64,000 nt of DNA from contig CAVZQN010000004.1 of assembly GCA_963777505.1 (NCBI GenBank), forward strand, positions 1,696,001 to 1,760,000. Reading direction: 5' to 3'. Position numbers and translations under genes: made by a program. Origin of the DNA: an uncultured bacterium. GTDB taxonomy: Bacteria; Acidobacteriota; HRBIN11; JAKEFK01. Shown here in pieces: positions 1 to 10,270 of the stretch. Numbering within the stretch: position 1 is the first letter of the stretch; every line of letters starts with the position of its first letter. The notes under the pieces are model-generated. The model worked only from the letters and a program-made list of their open reading frames with translations, had not been told where the DNA came from and did no database searches.

Positions 1-1427
1 TCCGATAAAATTTGCGAGCCTTGCGGATATTTTTCTCAATCCAGGTGATTACTTCCTTCGGCTGCAAAATTTTAGCTGCTTCAGAATAGTGCTGAAACGA
101 ATTCACGGCCGGTTGCGCTATTAACAATGCGAGTGCCGCAGGTGCAACTGCATGGCTCCAGCTTTGAACGGACTTCGGTTTAGCTTTGATCCACTCAACA
201 ATCGCATCGTAATCCTTCACCTGCAAGAATTGAAAGCAAAGGAATGATTGGAAGCAGATAACGGGGAAATCCGGCAGCGTAGGATCCGATTGTTAAAAGA
301 TAGAGAAGAGGGAAGCTCCACAGAATCAGCAAGCGGTTGGATGTAATAATGCGCGGCAATGTTAGTAAAGCTAGAACAAATGCTACGATTCCAATTCCAT
401 CCCCCATCAGTGTAAACGAATATTCTAACGACCGATTTGGAACGCTGCTCCAGTGATTCGGATTAAGATGGTAAAGTGCAGTCGGGAACAAGTCTAAGAA
501 TCGATTTAAATTGGCAAATACAAAAAAATTGGTGATGAAATAAACAACACCTGCGCAAAAAAAGCCTAGCAGTAAATTCCAATTTATCCATTTTTCTTTT
601 TTCGATAACGCATGGGTGATCACCAATGAAACTAAAATTGGTGTAACCGTAGATTTTGTACCGATCGCAAGGCCACACAGAATCCCCGCAAAAACATAAT
701 TGATCGATAATGGTTCATCTAGAATTTTGAAAAAGAACCAGTGTGCAAGCAGTATCCACAAAGCAAGCACAACATCAACACGGATCAAGTGGGCTGTCAT
801 AAAAGACAGTGTCGAAAATGTTAAAACGAGCGCTGCACTAATTGCCGTTATTTTTCCGAAGTATTTGCGAGCGAAAACATAAGTACAAGCTACAGTTACA
901 ACGCTGAAAAAAGCGGTAGCGAGTCGTCCGGCAGTATAGTATTCAACCTCGGGAATTTGATTTACAGCACGATATTTGAAATTTTTGATCAGGCTGAGAG
1001 TCGTTAGGACAAAGACAATCAGAAGAATATAAAAATAAACTCCACCGTATTCGTATCTCTGGAAATCATATGTGCCGGTTCGCAACATATGAAGCACAGC
1101 ATCCACCAAAATAGGTTCATCGATTGTGGGCCCGGAGAGAGCACGTTCGTTGATTCCTTTAAACCGGAGATATGCGGCGACTCCAATGATTCCTGAAAAG
1201 ATTGCTGCTTCTACGATGAAGTCTCGTTTAATATTTTGGAAAGCTTTCCGGGAATGCAGAATACAAATTGCAAAAAGGATCATCGCGAGAGTGGAGCTAA
1301 AAAGCCAGTCCTCTAATACAAGATTGAGGGGCCAACCACCGAAGAGGATTGTGATCACCAGATAGGCTAGCACCAGAGGAAAGAGGATGAATTTGAAGCT
1401 TCTTGAATCAGATTTTGGAGGGAGCAT
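1..1427 (-). CDS. GT-C fold glycosyltransferase family 39 (ArnT/PMT-like), runs off window edge; apparent frameshifts near 211 and 25
   Basis: Multi-TM ORF with PTIDEP, GRLATA, AIGTK and FPRYLLP motifs. The ORF stops at 195, but a shifted frame continues YDAIVEWIK...ALLIAQPAV...WIEKNI to the window edge. Confidence 0.75.
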
Positions 1428-1927
1428 TACCCGGCGCCTGAAACCTTCTTTCTATCTGAGAGTAATTGCCTGATACGGTCCCTGTGATCTTCTTCGTGGG
1501 TATAAGCGAATTCAGAGATCCATTCTGAAACGGGATAGCGATGTTTTGGATTATTGATTTCAGCGGCTGGTAATTTTTTTATTCGTTCAACCAATTCTGT
1601 TCTTATTTTGGCGCCTTCGCGTAGCAGCTGGTTCATCGAAACCGTTCTGTACTTAGAAACTGCGCGCGCATTAAAGCGATTTGAAACTCCCATGTCGTCA
1701 TAGTAATAAACTCGATCGCCATGGCCGGCAAGAATAAGATCAAGACGTTTACAAGCTTCATTCTCCCAGGCAACAATATGTGCGAACGTATCTTTAATCG
1801 ACCATTTGCCTTGAGTTGCAGGTTTAATCATCATCCGCGCGTTAATTTGAGTGAATAATTTCAAGGTTGCGGTTCGTGAGGTTCGCATTTTGCGGAGAGT
1901 ATTCCGGCGCCACTTCTCTGCATCCAT
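1427..1927 (-). CDS. DinB/ClbS-like four-helix bundle protein
   Basis: WSIKDTFAHIVAWE and C-terminal HEEDH metal-binding His pattern. Confidence 0.75.
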   Translation of the reverse strand: MDAEKWRRNTLRKMRTSRTATLKLFTQINARMMIKPATQGKWSIKDTFAHIVAWENEACKRLDLILAGHGDRVYYYDDMGVSNRFNARAVSKYRTVSMNQLLREGAKIRTELVERIKKLPAAEINNPKHRYPVSEWISEFAYTHEEDHRDRIRQLLSDRKKVSGAG

Positions 1928-1957
1928 ATTACATATTCTACATGATTGCTACATGAA

Positions 1958-2845
1958 TTAATTCTGTGACTTTGCGGTTCCGGATTTTATAGCGGCGTCA
2001 CGTACCTTAGGATTTGGATCACTTACGCTGAGCTGTTTGATTTGCTCATTTAATTCCGGTTTTGCCAGTTTCGATGAAGCCTTTATAGCGTTAATCATTA
2101 ATTCTTCTTTACGTTCTTCTGTAAGGCTCTTAAAGCTGTCGAGATATTTGCGTTGCATCAAATCCATTAGCACAGAACTGCCTGCATCATTGTTCAAACG
2201 CGTAAGAGCGATCGCCGAATTCCATCGAACTTCAGGCTCCGTGTCATCAAGATGCGCTTGTAATGGAGCAACCGAACGTTCATCTCCAAGGGCTCCTAAA
2301 ACATATGCGCTGATGATTCGAATTCCGTTATCCTGGCTTTCAAGTGTCTCAATGATTTTTGGTGTGGATTCCCGGTCTCCAATATTTCCAATGGCCCAGA
2401 TTGAATAAAAGGCTGTTTGCGAATCTTCATCTTGAATCGCTTCGTGCAAGGCTGGGACAGCTCTTGGATCCTGTAATCCTCCCATTGCAAGCGCAAGATA
2501 CCGCCTGATCTGTGGATCTTTACCTTTTTCATTTTTGAAGATCAGCATAATTTCAGGCAGCTCTTTTTTTGCGTCTGCTCTGTAATCTCGATTTGGGTTG
2601 GCGAGTAAATTTGAAAGATGATATGCCGCTTGCCATCGTTCGGATTGGCTTCCAGTTCGAATATCGTAGAGATAATCGCGCACCGATTTTTCCTTCAGTG
2701 CCATATTTCCAAAAAGCACAATAACAAAAACAATAATTCCCACAAGAATTAATGGAACAACGACAAAACGGAACAAAACCAAAATCCCTTTTTCTTTTCG
2801 CTGTTCCTCCGCACTTTCCAGTGGAGGTTGAATATCATCATTCAT
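1958..2845 (-). CDS. Membrane-anchored HEAT-repeat protein
   Basis: N-terminal TM helix followed by HEAT/PBS-lyase repeats (VRWNSAIAL, VRDAA). Start moved to ATG 2845, which has AAGGA upstream. Confidence 0.8.
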   Translation of the reverse strand: MNDDIQPPLESAEEQRKEKGILVLFRFVVVPLILVGIIVFVIVLFGNMALKEKSVRDYLYDIRTGSQSERWQAAYHLSNLLANPNRDYRADAKKELPEIMLIFKNEKGKDPQIRRYLALAMGGLQDPRAVPALHEAIQDEDSQTAFYSIWAIGNIGDRESTPKIIETLESQDNGIRIISAYVLGALGDERSVAPLQAHLDDTEPEVRWNSAIALTRLNNDAGSSVLMDLMQRKYLDSFKSLTEERKEELMINAIKASSKLAKPELNEQIKQLSVSDPNPKVRDAAIKSGTAKSQN

Positions 2846-3002
2846 TGTGAGATTCCTTATAATTTTTTTCTGCCCGGTGAATGCTCCATTGAAATGCAAG
2901 CCAGGCGCACACACTCAGACTTAACGAAATCAGTAAGATGGCTAAATTCGACTTCAGCATTGGGGTAAAATTCTTACCGCTAAGGCGCAGAGATGCGAGG
3001 AT

Positions 3003-5930
3003 TTACTGCGTTCCGGCACTTTGAGACGTCGCTTCAGTTGATGAACCGGGAACCGCATGCGCAACGCTGGGTTCAAACCATGCAGCTTCTTCGGGACTCA
3101 AAATAGAGTCTTGATTCCCTCTGCCAAGGCTGTAAATATAATTTCGGATCGCTTCTTTCTGCAAATGTGGATCGCCATTCAATACATTTGGTAAAGCTGC
3201 TTCAGGGAAAAAGTCAGGCATTCGTGTTCCTGGTTGCAACTTTTGCGGATCTTCCAACCATTTCAAAATCCAATCTGCGCGCAATCGTGTTTGGGATAGT
3301 GTTAGATCCGGTGCTAGATCTGCCGAAGCTCTACCCGGAGGTGCGACTCCACCGACTACGTGACATGTAGAACATTGAAATGTTGTAAATACTCCTTGTC
3401 CTTCCGCTAAATGTTTTGTGAATTCAGGTGGACTGTTAAATGGTCCTGTTTTTGACGCAGCCATAAAGTATTGAACAAGTGTATTTGCTTCTTCATCAGA
3501 CAACCTGAAATTCGGCATCCTTACTTTTAACCACGGTCGAATTGTCCCAGGTGCTTTTAAAAATTCAAAAAGCCAATCAGATTGAGCCTTTTCACCTTCC
3601 GCTATGAGTAGAGGCGGCTGCATACCTTCCTCTGTTATTACTTCTTTTATTTCACCACCCCAGCCATCAATGTTGTGGCATGCAATACAATTCTTTTGAA
3701 CAACCAGCCATTTTCCACGTTCAGCAACTTGTTCGTTATCGGCTAACACATCCTGTGATTCTGCAGGGACGCGTTCGTTTGTGAGTCCCATGATTAACAT
3801 TGTCAACGATGCTGTTTCTTCCGGAGTGAAATCAAAATTCGGCATGATTAATTTTTCATCCCACCGTTTTACGCGTTCTTTATCGAACGACCGTGGGTCA
3901 TGCAGCTTTTGATGAATGTAAGCAGGAACTGAGTGTTCGATGGGAACAAAACCAAAATCAAATTTTGTAACTTTCTTGCTTCCTTCTTCAGAAAGAGATG
4001 TTCCGATTCCTTTTGCTGTTTCAAATCCCGGGATCAAATGGCAGCCGGCACAGCCATATCGCGAAATTGTTCTTTCGCCCAAAAACATCCATCGTTCCTG
4101 TTCCGGCATCTTGTTGTATTGTTCGTCCGCACCAAGTCCATACTGCCGTTTAAGATGGAAAACAATTTCATCCTTCAAATATTTCTCTTGTAAGGCTGGT
4201 ACTTTTTCTGCCTCCCACGCTGTATCACGAATCGACAACAAATAAGCAGTAATATCGTTTGCTTCCTGGTCCGTGAGTTTCATATTCGGCATACGAGTTT
4301 GCGGAGAATAATGGCGAGGTTCACGCAACCAGTTATAAAGCCATGTTGAATTTGTCTTTGAGCCCAGCTTTACCAGGGGCGGACCGAATCTGCGTCGCGT
4401 ATCGGCGTGCGCTGGTTTTTCATTTTCCATTAAATGACAACCGACACAGCCAATTTCTTTAACAAGTGTTTGTCCGTTTGCTGCATTTCCAGAAACTGTT
4501 ACCGGCTGATATTCAAGTTGATCTGACTTGGCAAACAAGTATTCAACCATTGAGCGAATTTCGACTTCATTTCGCGCAACATCTTCCGGATCGCTGTTGT
4601 TTGAATTTAAGAAATACTTGGGCATCCGCGTTGTTGGACGGAATGCTTTTGGATTCCTGATCCATTTGAACGCCCAATCTTTTGTTACCTTGCTGCTGAT
4701 TCGTCTTAGATCAGGTCCGACTTTGGGTAAATTCTCAAATCCTTTTGTTACATGACATCCGTTACAGCCATTTTCAATAAACAGCATTCTAGCTTTGTTG
4801 ATTTTGTCGCCACCTGGAATTTGAGCCACACCTTGATGACACTTAACGCAGGAAGCTTCAACCATGTCGCTTTCATACATGGGAAATTCCCAGTGATGCT
4901 TTTTATGCCAATGTAATTCTTTTTCCCAACGTTTTTTCTCTTCTTCATTGGTAGGCATATGAGCGACACCAATGAAGTCAGTGGAGCGGCCGCGTCCCGC
5001 ATGACACGATGTACAACCGAATCGATCCATCGGATGTTTCGAAGTGCTGCCTACAAAAATATCAAGGCGCGGATGTGAAACAAAAGGCTGCTCGATCGTT
5101 TTGCGATCATAGTCTGGCACTTTTTCGCCTTGAACATATCCTTCTTGATCAATGGCTGCATGACAGGTCATACAACGATCGACTCGAGGAATGCTGATAA
5201 AGTTCAAATCTTCATGAATGTTATCAATAACCACTTGCTGAATCTTAATTGAAGGTCCGATGAAATCGACCAAAGGAAGATTGCGGAAAATATTTGCTAC
5301 TGATGCTGAAAGATTGGTTTCTTTTCGAATCATTCGATCGCGTTTAGTAGTCAGTTTGGTAAGCTCTTTCTCAAGTTCAGCTTGACGTTTGGTAAAATCC
5401 TCAACGCGTTTTTCAATCGCAGTCTTTTTATCGTTTACCTCATCCAACTTGAACTGCAGAGCCTGCATTTCATTAAAGCTTCGATCGAGGTTTTCTTTTC
5501 TTTTCGGAACAGTTTTTGGGTGATTGGCGACGGCTTCTTCATAGTCATACCGATTTGCTTCATATTCTGCTTTTTTAAAGCGGAACGACTGGTCGGCCCT
5601 GTACCAGATCCCTTGTATGTCCGCCAGTTCCTTCTGTGTCTTTTCGTAATCAGCTTTTTGTTGATCAAGCTGGGCCTTTGCAGCGTCCATTTCTTGCGAA
5701 ACTTTTACATATTCAGGATTGCCTTGCAGGTTGGCGGATTCTTGTGCAATCTGCGCCTTCGTGCGAGCTCTTTCGAGGCGTCGAAAATCCGCCTGTGTGC
5801 GTTTCCAGTCACGATTAAAATCCTGCCACAACATCCATGCGAAAAATGCGAAAAGGATGATACTTGAAATCGCAAAAAACATGTTTAAGCGATTTATGTC
5901 GTATGCGTGATCAGTATCTCGTTTTGCCAT
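3003..5930 (-). CDS. Membrane-anchored octaheme cytochrome c with coiled-coil stalk (c-subunit of Rieske/cytb complex)
   Basis: Eight CxxCH motifs (CMTCH, CTSCH, CVKCH, CNGCH, CVGCH, CAGCH, CIACH, CSTCH), an N-terminal TM helix and a long heptad region; operonic with cytochrome b. Confidence 0.85.
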   Translation of the reverse strand: MAKRDTDHAYDINRLNMFFAISSIILFAFFAWMLWQDFNRDWKRTQADFRRLERARTKAQIAQESANLQGNPEYVKVSQEMDAAKAQLDQQKADYEKTQKELADIQGIWYRADQSFRFKKAEYEANRYDYEEAVANHPKTVPKRKENLDRSFNEMQALQFKLDEVNDKKTAIEKRVEDFTKRQAELEKELTKLTTKRDRMIRKETNLSASVANIFRNLPLVDFIGPSIKIQQVVIDNIHEDLNFISIPRVDRCMTCHAAIDQEGYVQGEKVPDYDRKTIEQPFVSHPRLDIFVGSTSKHPMDRFGCTSCHAGRGRSTDFIGVAHMPTNEEEKKRWEKELHWHKKHHWEFPMYESDMVEASCVKCHQGVAQIPGGDKINKARMLFIENGCNGCHVTKGFENLPKVGPDLRRISSKVTKDWAFKWIRNPKAFRPTTRMPKYFLNSNNSDPEDVARNEVEIRSMVEYLFAKSDQLEYQPVTVSGNAANGQTLVKEIGCVGCHLMENEKPAHADTRRRFGPPLVKLGSKTNSTWLYNWLREPRHYSPQTRMPNMKLTDQEANDITAYLLSIRDTAWEAEKVPALQEKYLKDEIVFHLKRQYGLGADEQYNKMPEQERWMFLGERTISRYGCAGCHLIPGFETAKGIGTSLSEEGSKKVTKFDFGFVPIEHSVPAYIHQKLHDPRSFDKERVKRWDEKLIMPNFDFTPEETASLTMLIMGLTNERVPAESQDVLADNEQVAERGKWLVVQKNCIACHNIDGWGGEIKEVITEEGMQPPLLIAEGEKAQSDWLFEFLKAPGTIRPWLKVRMPNFRLSDEEANTLVQYFMAASKTGPFNSPPEFTKHLAEGQGVFTTFQCSTCHVVGGVAPPGRASADLAPDLTLSQTRLRADWILKWLEDPQKLQPGTRMPDFFPEAALPNVLNGDPHLQKEAIRNYIYSLGRGNQDSILSPEEAAWFEPSVAHAVPGSSTEATSQSAGTQ

Positions 5931-5960
5931 AATTTTTTATTTACCGCAAAGGCACAAAGT

Positions 5961-7034
5961 TTATATATTGAAGAACGCCTCTGGAATCGCGATGATGTAT
6001 TTCAAATTGAATAACCATCGCAGGTACATTTTCACAGGCAAAGCTAACATCGCCAAAAACAGAATTGCACCGATGTAATATCGTGCAGGACCCATTTTTA
6101 CGTAAAAACGCTTGAATAATGTTTTGGCAAGAACCACAGGTAGCACAAACATATAGATTGCGGACAAAACAAATCCGACGATTTCGCGTAGCCACCATTG
6201 ACTCGGTAAAGCCTGTCCCAACATCATTACCCAAAAATATTCAGACAAATTTACGTTGTTCAAAACTAATACTTTGTGAACATCCCAATATTCATAAGGA
6301 CCGAAAAAGTTCCAGTTTGGACCGCGCAAAAACGTTCCAAGGATAATCAGCAAGACCCACAGAATCACAAACCCAAAAAGAAAAATCGAAATTTCCCATT
6401 TCCTTTCTTTAAAAGTGTAGTAGCCGCTTCCTTTGGGGTTAACATCGATGAAAGGAATTGCCATAAGGCCAAAGATGATCAAACTTGGAAAAACGACACC
6501 TGCGAGCCATGGATCGTAATAGACAAGCATTTCCTGAAGACCAAGAAAATACCATGGAGCTTTCGATGGATTTGGCGAATCTGCAGGATTTGCAGGCGCT
6601 TCAAGTGGCGCCTTCAATACGATTGCCCAGACCGTTAAAATTGCAGAACAAATGACGAGGCAGATCATTTCCGTATAAACAAGATTTGGCCAGACCAGAA
6701 CTTTTTCGTTATCTTCTGCTTCTTTAACAGGCAGCGATTGATCTAAGCGATCATCATTCGCTTTTGCTTTGTACAATGCATACCAAACAAAAAAACCAAC
6801 CAGAAAAAGCATGCCCACAATCGGAACGTTGTCAGGTGCTGACACAATCTTTCGAAAATTTGGGTCTTGAACGCTAAGAATGAAAAATAAAACAGCGCCC
6901 GCAAATAGAATTTTTGCTGGAAGAGGTTTCCAGAGCGAACGAATGTTGACTGCAACCAACAAAACGATCATCGAAGTCGTGATTAAGACTTCCGGTTTCG
7001 CAAGTAAATTAACAATACCTTTGAGGAATTCCAT
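5961..7034 (-). CDS. petD: Cytochrome b subunit IV-like protein, extended
   Basis: VLVWPNLV, PLEAPANPADSPNPSKAPWYFLGLQE and PFID motifs; directly downstream of the cytochrome b N-terminal gene. Confidence 0.8.
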   Translation of the reverse strand: MEFLKGIVNLLAKPEVLITTSMIVLLVAVNIRSLWKPLPAKILFAGAVLFFILSVQDPNFRKIVSAPDNVPIVGMLFLVGFFVWYALYKAKANDDRLDQSLPVKEAEDNEKVLVWPNLVYTEMICLVICSAILTVWAIVLKAPLEAPANPADSPNPSKAPWYFLGLQEMLVYYDPWLAGVVFPSLIIFGLMAIPFIDVNPKGSGYYTFKERKWEISIFLFGFVILWVLLIILGTFLRGPNWNFFGPYEYWDVHKVLVLNNVNLSEYFWVMMLGQALPSQWWLREIVGFVLSAIYMFVLPVVLAKTLFKRFYVKMGPARYYIGAILFLAMLALPVKMYLRWLFNLKYIIAIPEAFFNI

Positions 7035-7043
7035 TTGTTCCTC

Positions 7044-7832
7044 CTACATAGGTCCTGAGATTCCGCCATCTTTGCGGACGCGCCAGAAATGTACAGCCAT
7101 CAATACGCTAGCGACAACAGGAATTGCTACGCAGTGCAAAACATAAAAACGAAGAAGTGCACCTGCTCCGACAAATCGTCCTCCCAGCAATGCAAAGCGC
7201 GCATCATCGCCTGCATGAACCATTGCAAGATCACCGATTTTCAGCAAACTTGCGCCAGGTCCTTCATGACCTAAAAAGGGCGTAGCTCGCGCCATGTTAG
7301 ATCCAACAGTGATTGCCCAGATTGCAAGCTGATCCCATGGCAGCAAGTATCCGGTAAAGCTGAGCAAAAGAGTCAACACAAGCAGAATAACACCAATGAT
7401 CCAGTTGAACTCGCGTGGTGGTTTGTAACTGCCCGTTAGAAACACACGTAACATGTGTAACCAGACTGTGATGACCATTGCGTGAGCGCCCCATCTGTGA
7501 AGTTCGCGCATCACTCCAAGCGGCACCTGTTCACCCAGTTCAACAATGTCCATGTATGCATATTCAAGAGTTGGACGGTAATAGAACATTAATAAAAGTC
7601 CTGTAAACACTTCCACAAGGAACAAGAAAAATGTAAGGCCGCCCATACACCATGTATATCCCAATGCAATTCCTGATTTGCGAATTCGCACAGGATGCAA
7701 ATGTAAAAAGACATTGTTTAATACCGCGAGCGCGCGGCCGCGTGTATCTTTTGGAACTGCATGGCGGAAAATCGATTTCCAAACTTGTGAACGGGTTATT
7801 TGCGACCAGATGCCTCGTTTCGGTGGCGCCAT
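7044..7832 (-). CDS. petB: Cytochrome b6-like N-terminal subunit
   Basis: WCMGG, four heme-ligand His (LHRW, WLHM, VLHC, VHFW), GYLLPWDQ and C-terminal [10 protein letters not shown]. Start moved to ATG 7832 because the upstream extension is a translated REP. Confidence 0.9.
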   Translation of the reverse strand: MAPPKRGIWSQITRSQVWKSIFRHAVPKDTRGRALAVLNNVFLHLHPVRIRKSGIALGYTWCMGGLTFFLFLVEVFTGLLLMFYYRPTLEYAYMDIVELGEQVPLGVMRELHRWGAHAMVITVWLHMLRVFLTGSYKPPREFNWIIGVILLVLTLLLSFTGYLLPWDQLAIWAITVGSNMARATPFLGHEGPGASLLKIGDLAMVHAGDDARFALLGGRFVGAGALLRFYVLHCVAIPVVASVLMAVHFWRVRKDGGISGPM

Positions 7833-7855
7833 ATGACTTCCCTCTATAAGCTGTG

Positions 7856-7905
7856 GTAGGGGCCGGTCTTGTGCCGGCCCGGGCGGCCACAAGGGCCGCC
7901 CCTAC
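7856..7905. repeat. GTAG-type REP doublet (REPIN-like), family A
   Basis: GTAGGGGCCGGTCTTGTGCCGGCCC followed by inverted GGGCGGCCACAAGGGCCGCCCCTAC; related copies at 20634 and 58948. Confidence 0.85.
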
Positions 7906-7925
7906 CATCTAAATGGTAGAGATCA

Positions 7926-8423
7926 CTAAATTCGAACGAACGATTCCGGATCGTTCCATTCGCCCTTTTCCTGTTGAAATTTTTTGCTTTTATCAATAAC
8001 AACCTGACCATCATCCCCGATAGAAATTCGGAATCTTTCTAAAGGACGCGGTGCAGGCCCTTCAAAATTCATTCCTGTCATATAAAAACCACTACCATGA
8101 CAAGGACACTTAAATTTCGATTCAGCTTCCAGCCAGTTGGGTGTACATCCGAGATGTGTACAAACTGTACTCAGACAATACATTGTCTCATTTGTACGAA
8201 CAATCCAGCAGGCATACTTTTCCTTAAATCGTTCATCGACTTTATTGATTGCATAATCTTCCGGGAAACCGGCGATAAAACTTGAAGGTGGTTCAAATAA
8301 AACATTTGGAAACAAAAATCGCATTGTGGCAGTCAATGCTACTCCCATAGCAGCTGCAAATGCGCCCCATGCCAGTCCTAACCAGGAAATAAAAGCTCTG
8401 CGGGATATTGTTTCTTCCGCCAT
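7926..8423 (-). CDS. petC: Rieske 2Fe-2S subunit
   Basis: Tat signal SRRAF; CTHLGC and CPCHGS boxes. Confidence 0.92.
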   Translation of the reverse strand: MAEETISRRAFISWLGLAWGAFAAAMGVALTATMRFLFPNVLFEPPSSFIAGFPEDYAINKVDERFKEKYACWIVRTNETMYCLSTVCTHLGCTPNWLEAESKFKCPCHGSGFYMTGMNFEGPAPRPLERFRISIGDDGQVVIDKSKKFQQEKGEWNDPESFVRI

Positions 8424-8474
8424 TCACCCTCTCTTTTGCAGTGAGGTCATTTTATTTTCAAAAATGCAAACACG

Positions 8475-8504
8475 ATTATCAACTAGGATCATTTCTATTG
8501 TCAA
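8475..8504 (-). promoter_or_regulatory. Putative sigma70 promoter of the Rieske/cytb operon
   Basis: TTGACA-N18-GATAAT on the minus strand, about 50 nt upstream of petC. Confidence 0.45.
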
Positions 8505-8545
8505 GAACTTGCGCCGAAAATCCAAACTTATTTCAATTCTGGCTT

Positions 8546-9184
8546 TTACTTTAGTTTCAAAAAGGCTTCTGCAAAACATCCCTTTTGAAATGAGGCATCT
8601 GATTCTTGCGCGCTGATCCTAATTATCGTTCCTGGCTTGATACCAAGAGTCTGGTAGGACACCGATGAATCTAATTGATTACTTGTTATAGGCCCTTTGA
8701 CCTCACTGATTTTTTGCTCCCATGAATTCTTCTTTGAATTGTAATCATAGATGTTTTGGCCATTCAAGAATGACGAGGCCTTTTTACCCATTCCACCGCC
8801 GCAAATGTAGGTTCCTCCACCGAAATCGAGACAGATGCTGAGATCGATACGGCGTTCAAAGCCGTTCATACTACAAAACGGAATCTCACCGCCAGTTGCT
8901 GAATTGTTATCTGTGTCCAGGTAAATCGAGAGGGTTCTTCCGGCGGAATCGGTAATGTACTGCTTCACTTCTTTATGTAGAAGCGCGCTTGTTTGTAACT
9001 GGGTTCCATCGTTCTTAACCGTTACTTTAACAACATCGACTCCCTTGCTTCCTTGCATTTTGTCTTTTGCGTCCATCACTGGATGATCCAACTCAACAAC
9101 CGTTTTTGAGGCTTCCGGCGCAGCAAGAATCAAAGATGGGAATTGAAACACAAGAATTGTGAACAGGATGAAATTAAGCCGCAT
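8546..9184 (-). CDS. Exported hypothetical protein
   Basis: GGAGG RBS, signal peptide ending LILA, YLDTDNNSATGG motif, four Cys. Confidence 0.7.
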   Translation of the reverse strand: MRLNFILFTILVFQFPSLILAAPEASKTVVELDHPVMDAKDKMQGSKGVDVVKVTVKNDGTQLQTSALLHKEVKQYITDSAGRTLSIYLDTDNNSATGGEIPFCSMNGFERRIDLSICLDFGGGTYICGGGMGKKASSFLNGQNIYDYNSKKNSWEQKISEVKGPITSNQLDSSVSYQTLGIKPGTIIRISAQESDASFQKGCFAEAFLKLK

Positions 9185-9273
9185 TCATACCTCCTTTGGA
9201 AAGATTATCTGCCATAATTGCATAAATTCTTACCACCTGATCAGGTAGGATTGTGGTGTAAATCTCCTGAAAC

Positions 9274-9308
9274 TTGAACCATTTGGCCCATTCTACGTAT
9301 GCTATAAT
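9274..9308 (+). promoter_or_regulatory. Putative pspA promoter(s): ECF-type AAC-N16-CGTA and extended -10 TGcTATAAT
   Basis: TTGAAC 9274-9279, CGTA 9296-9299, TGCTATAAT 9300-9308. Confidence 0.45.
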
Positions 9309-9418
9309 TTCAAGACTAGGAATCGTGACGCCTGAGTCGAAATTAAAATAAGTCTTACTCGGCGTATCGGCGTTAGAGATTAAAGTAACGACTCGCCTGC
9401 AATGATGAGGAGGTCAGC

Positions 9419-10180
9419 ATGTTTCAGCGCGTGACGCGGATGTTTTCCGCAATGTTCAACTGGTTGATGGGAAAGACTGAGTCCCAAATGACTGTTCCTA
9501 TGCTGGAACAGACCGTGCGTGAAATGCTAGAAAGCCTGAAGACCCTCCGTGAGGCGACTGCGATGACCCTTGGCTTCGAAGCGCGACAGGAACGAGAGTT
9601 CAAGGTGAAAAGAGAACGCGTAAAAACCTTGCAAGCTCAAGCTGAAGAAGCATTAGGTCAGGGGAATGAAAAATTGGCACGACGTGCGCTACAGTTGCAA
9701 TTGGAAGCGCAGGGAGAACTTGAACGTGCTGAGCAAATGTGGAAAAGCGCGAAGGTACGCGCGGATGCATCACGCGCCAAACTAAAAGTAGAAGAAGAAA
9801 AAGTTCAAGAAAAGATCCGTAAGCTGGGTGAACTGAAATCGATCGCTGCAATGAATGAAGCTCAACGTAAAATGCATGAGATTACTGATAAATACAATAT
9901 CGACGGAGCTATGAGTACGTTCGACAATGCAGCGACTCAAATTCAGGAACAATCCGATCGTCTCGCTGCCTACGATAAGATTGCGGTAAGCGAAGGTGAT
10001 GAATTGGATAAACAGCTAGATCAATTAACAGGCAAAGTTAAAGTTGATCAGGCATTGGAAGATCTAAAACGTAAGATGGGACTATCGAAAGAAGCGCCAG
10101 TATCGCAGCAACAACAGCAGCAGCAGCAGCCCGAATCACAAAAGATTTCATCAGCATTTGATACGGAGAAAGAAAACTAA
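9419..10180 (+). CDS. pspA: PspA/IM30 (ESCRT-III-like) family protein
   Basis: N-terminal amphipathic MFQRVTRMF, LEQTVREM, AEEALGQGNEKLARRAL, coiled coil, C-terminal Q8 tract; GAGGAGG RBS. Confidence 0.85.
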   Translation: MFQRVTRMFSAMFNWLMGKTESQMTVPMLEQTVREMLESLKTLREATAMTLGFEARQEREFKVKRERVKTLQAQAEEALGQGNEKLARRALQLQLEAQGELERAEQMWKSAKVRADASRAKLKVEEEKVQEKIRKLGELKSIAAMNEAQRKMHEITDKYNIDGAMSTFDNAATQIQEQSDRLAAYDKIAVSEGDELDKQLDQLTGKVKVDQALEDLKRKMGLSKEAPVSQQQQQQQQPESQKISSAFDTEKEN

Positions 10181-10270
10181 ATCAAACAAACTTCGTGCTT
10201 CTTCGTGATCTTCGTGGTTTACTAAAACACGTCGGCTCGCCCGTGCGGCAAATGCCTATGGAAGCTTAAT

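Noticed and set aside
7833-7892. N-terminal extensions of petB (similarly 20647-20691 and 28808-28867)
   Set aside because: They are translations of REP elements; downstream ATGs fit the family N-termini better.
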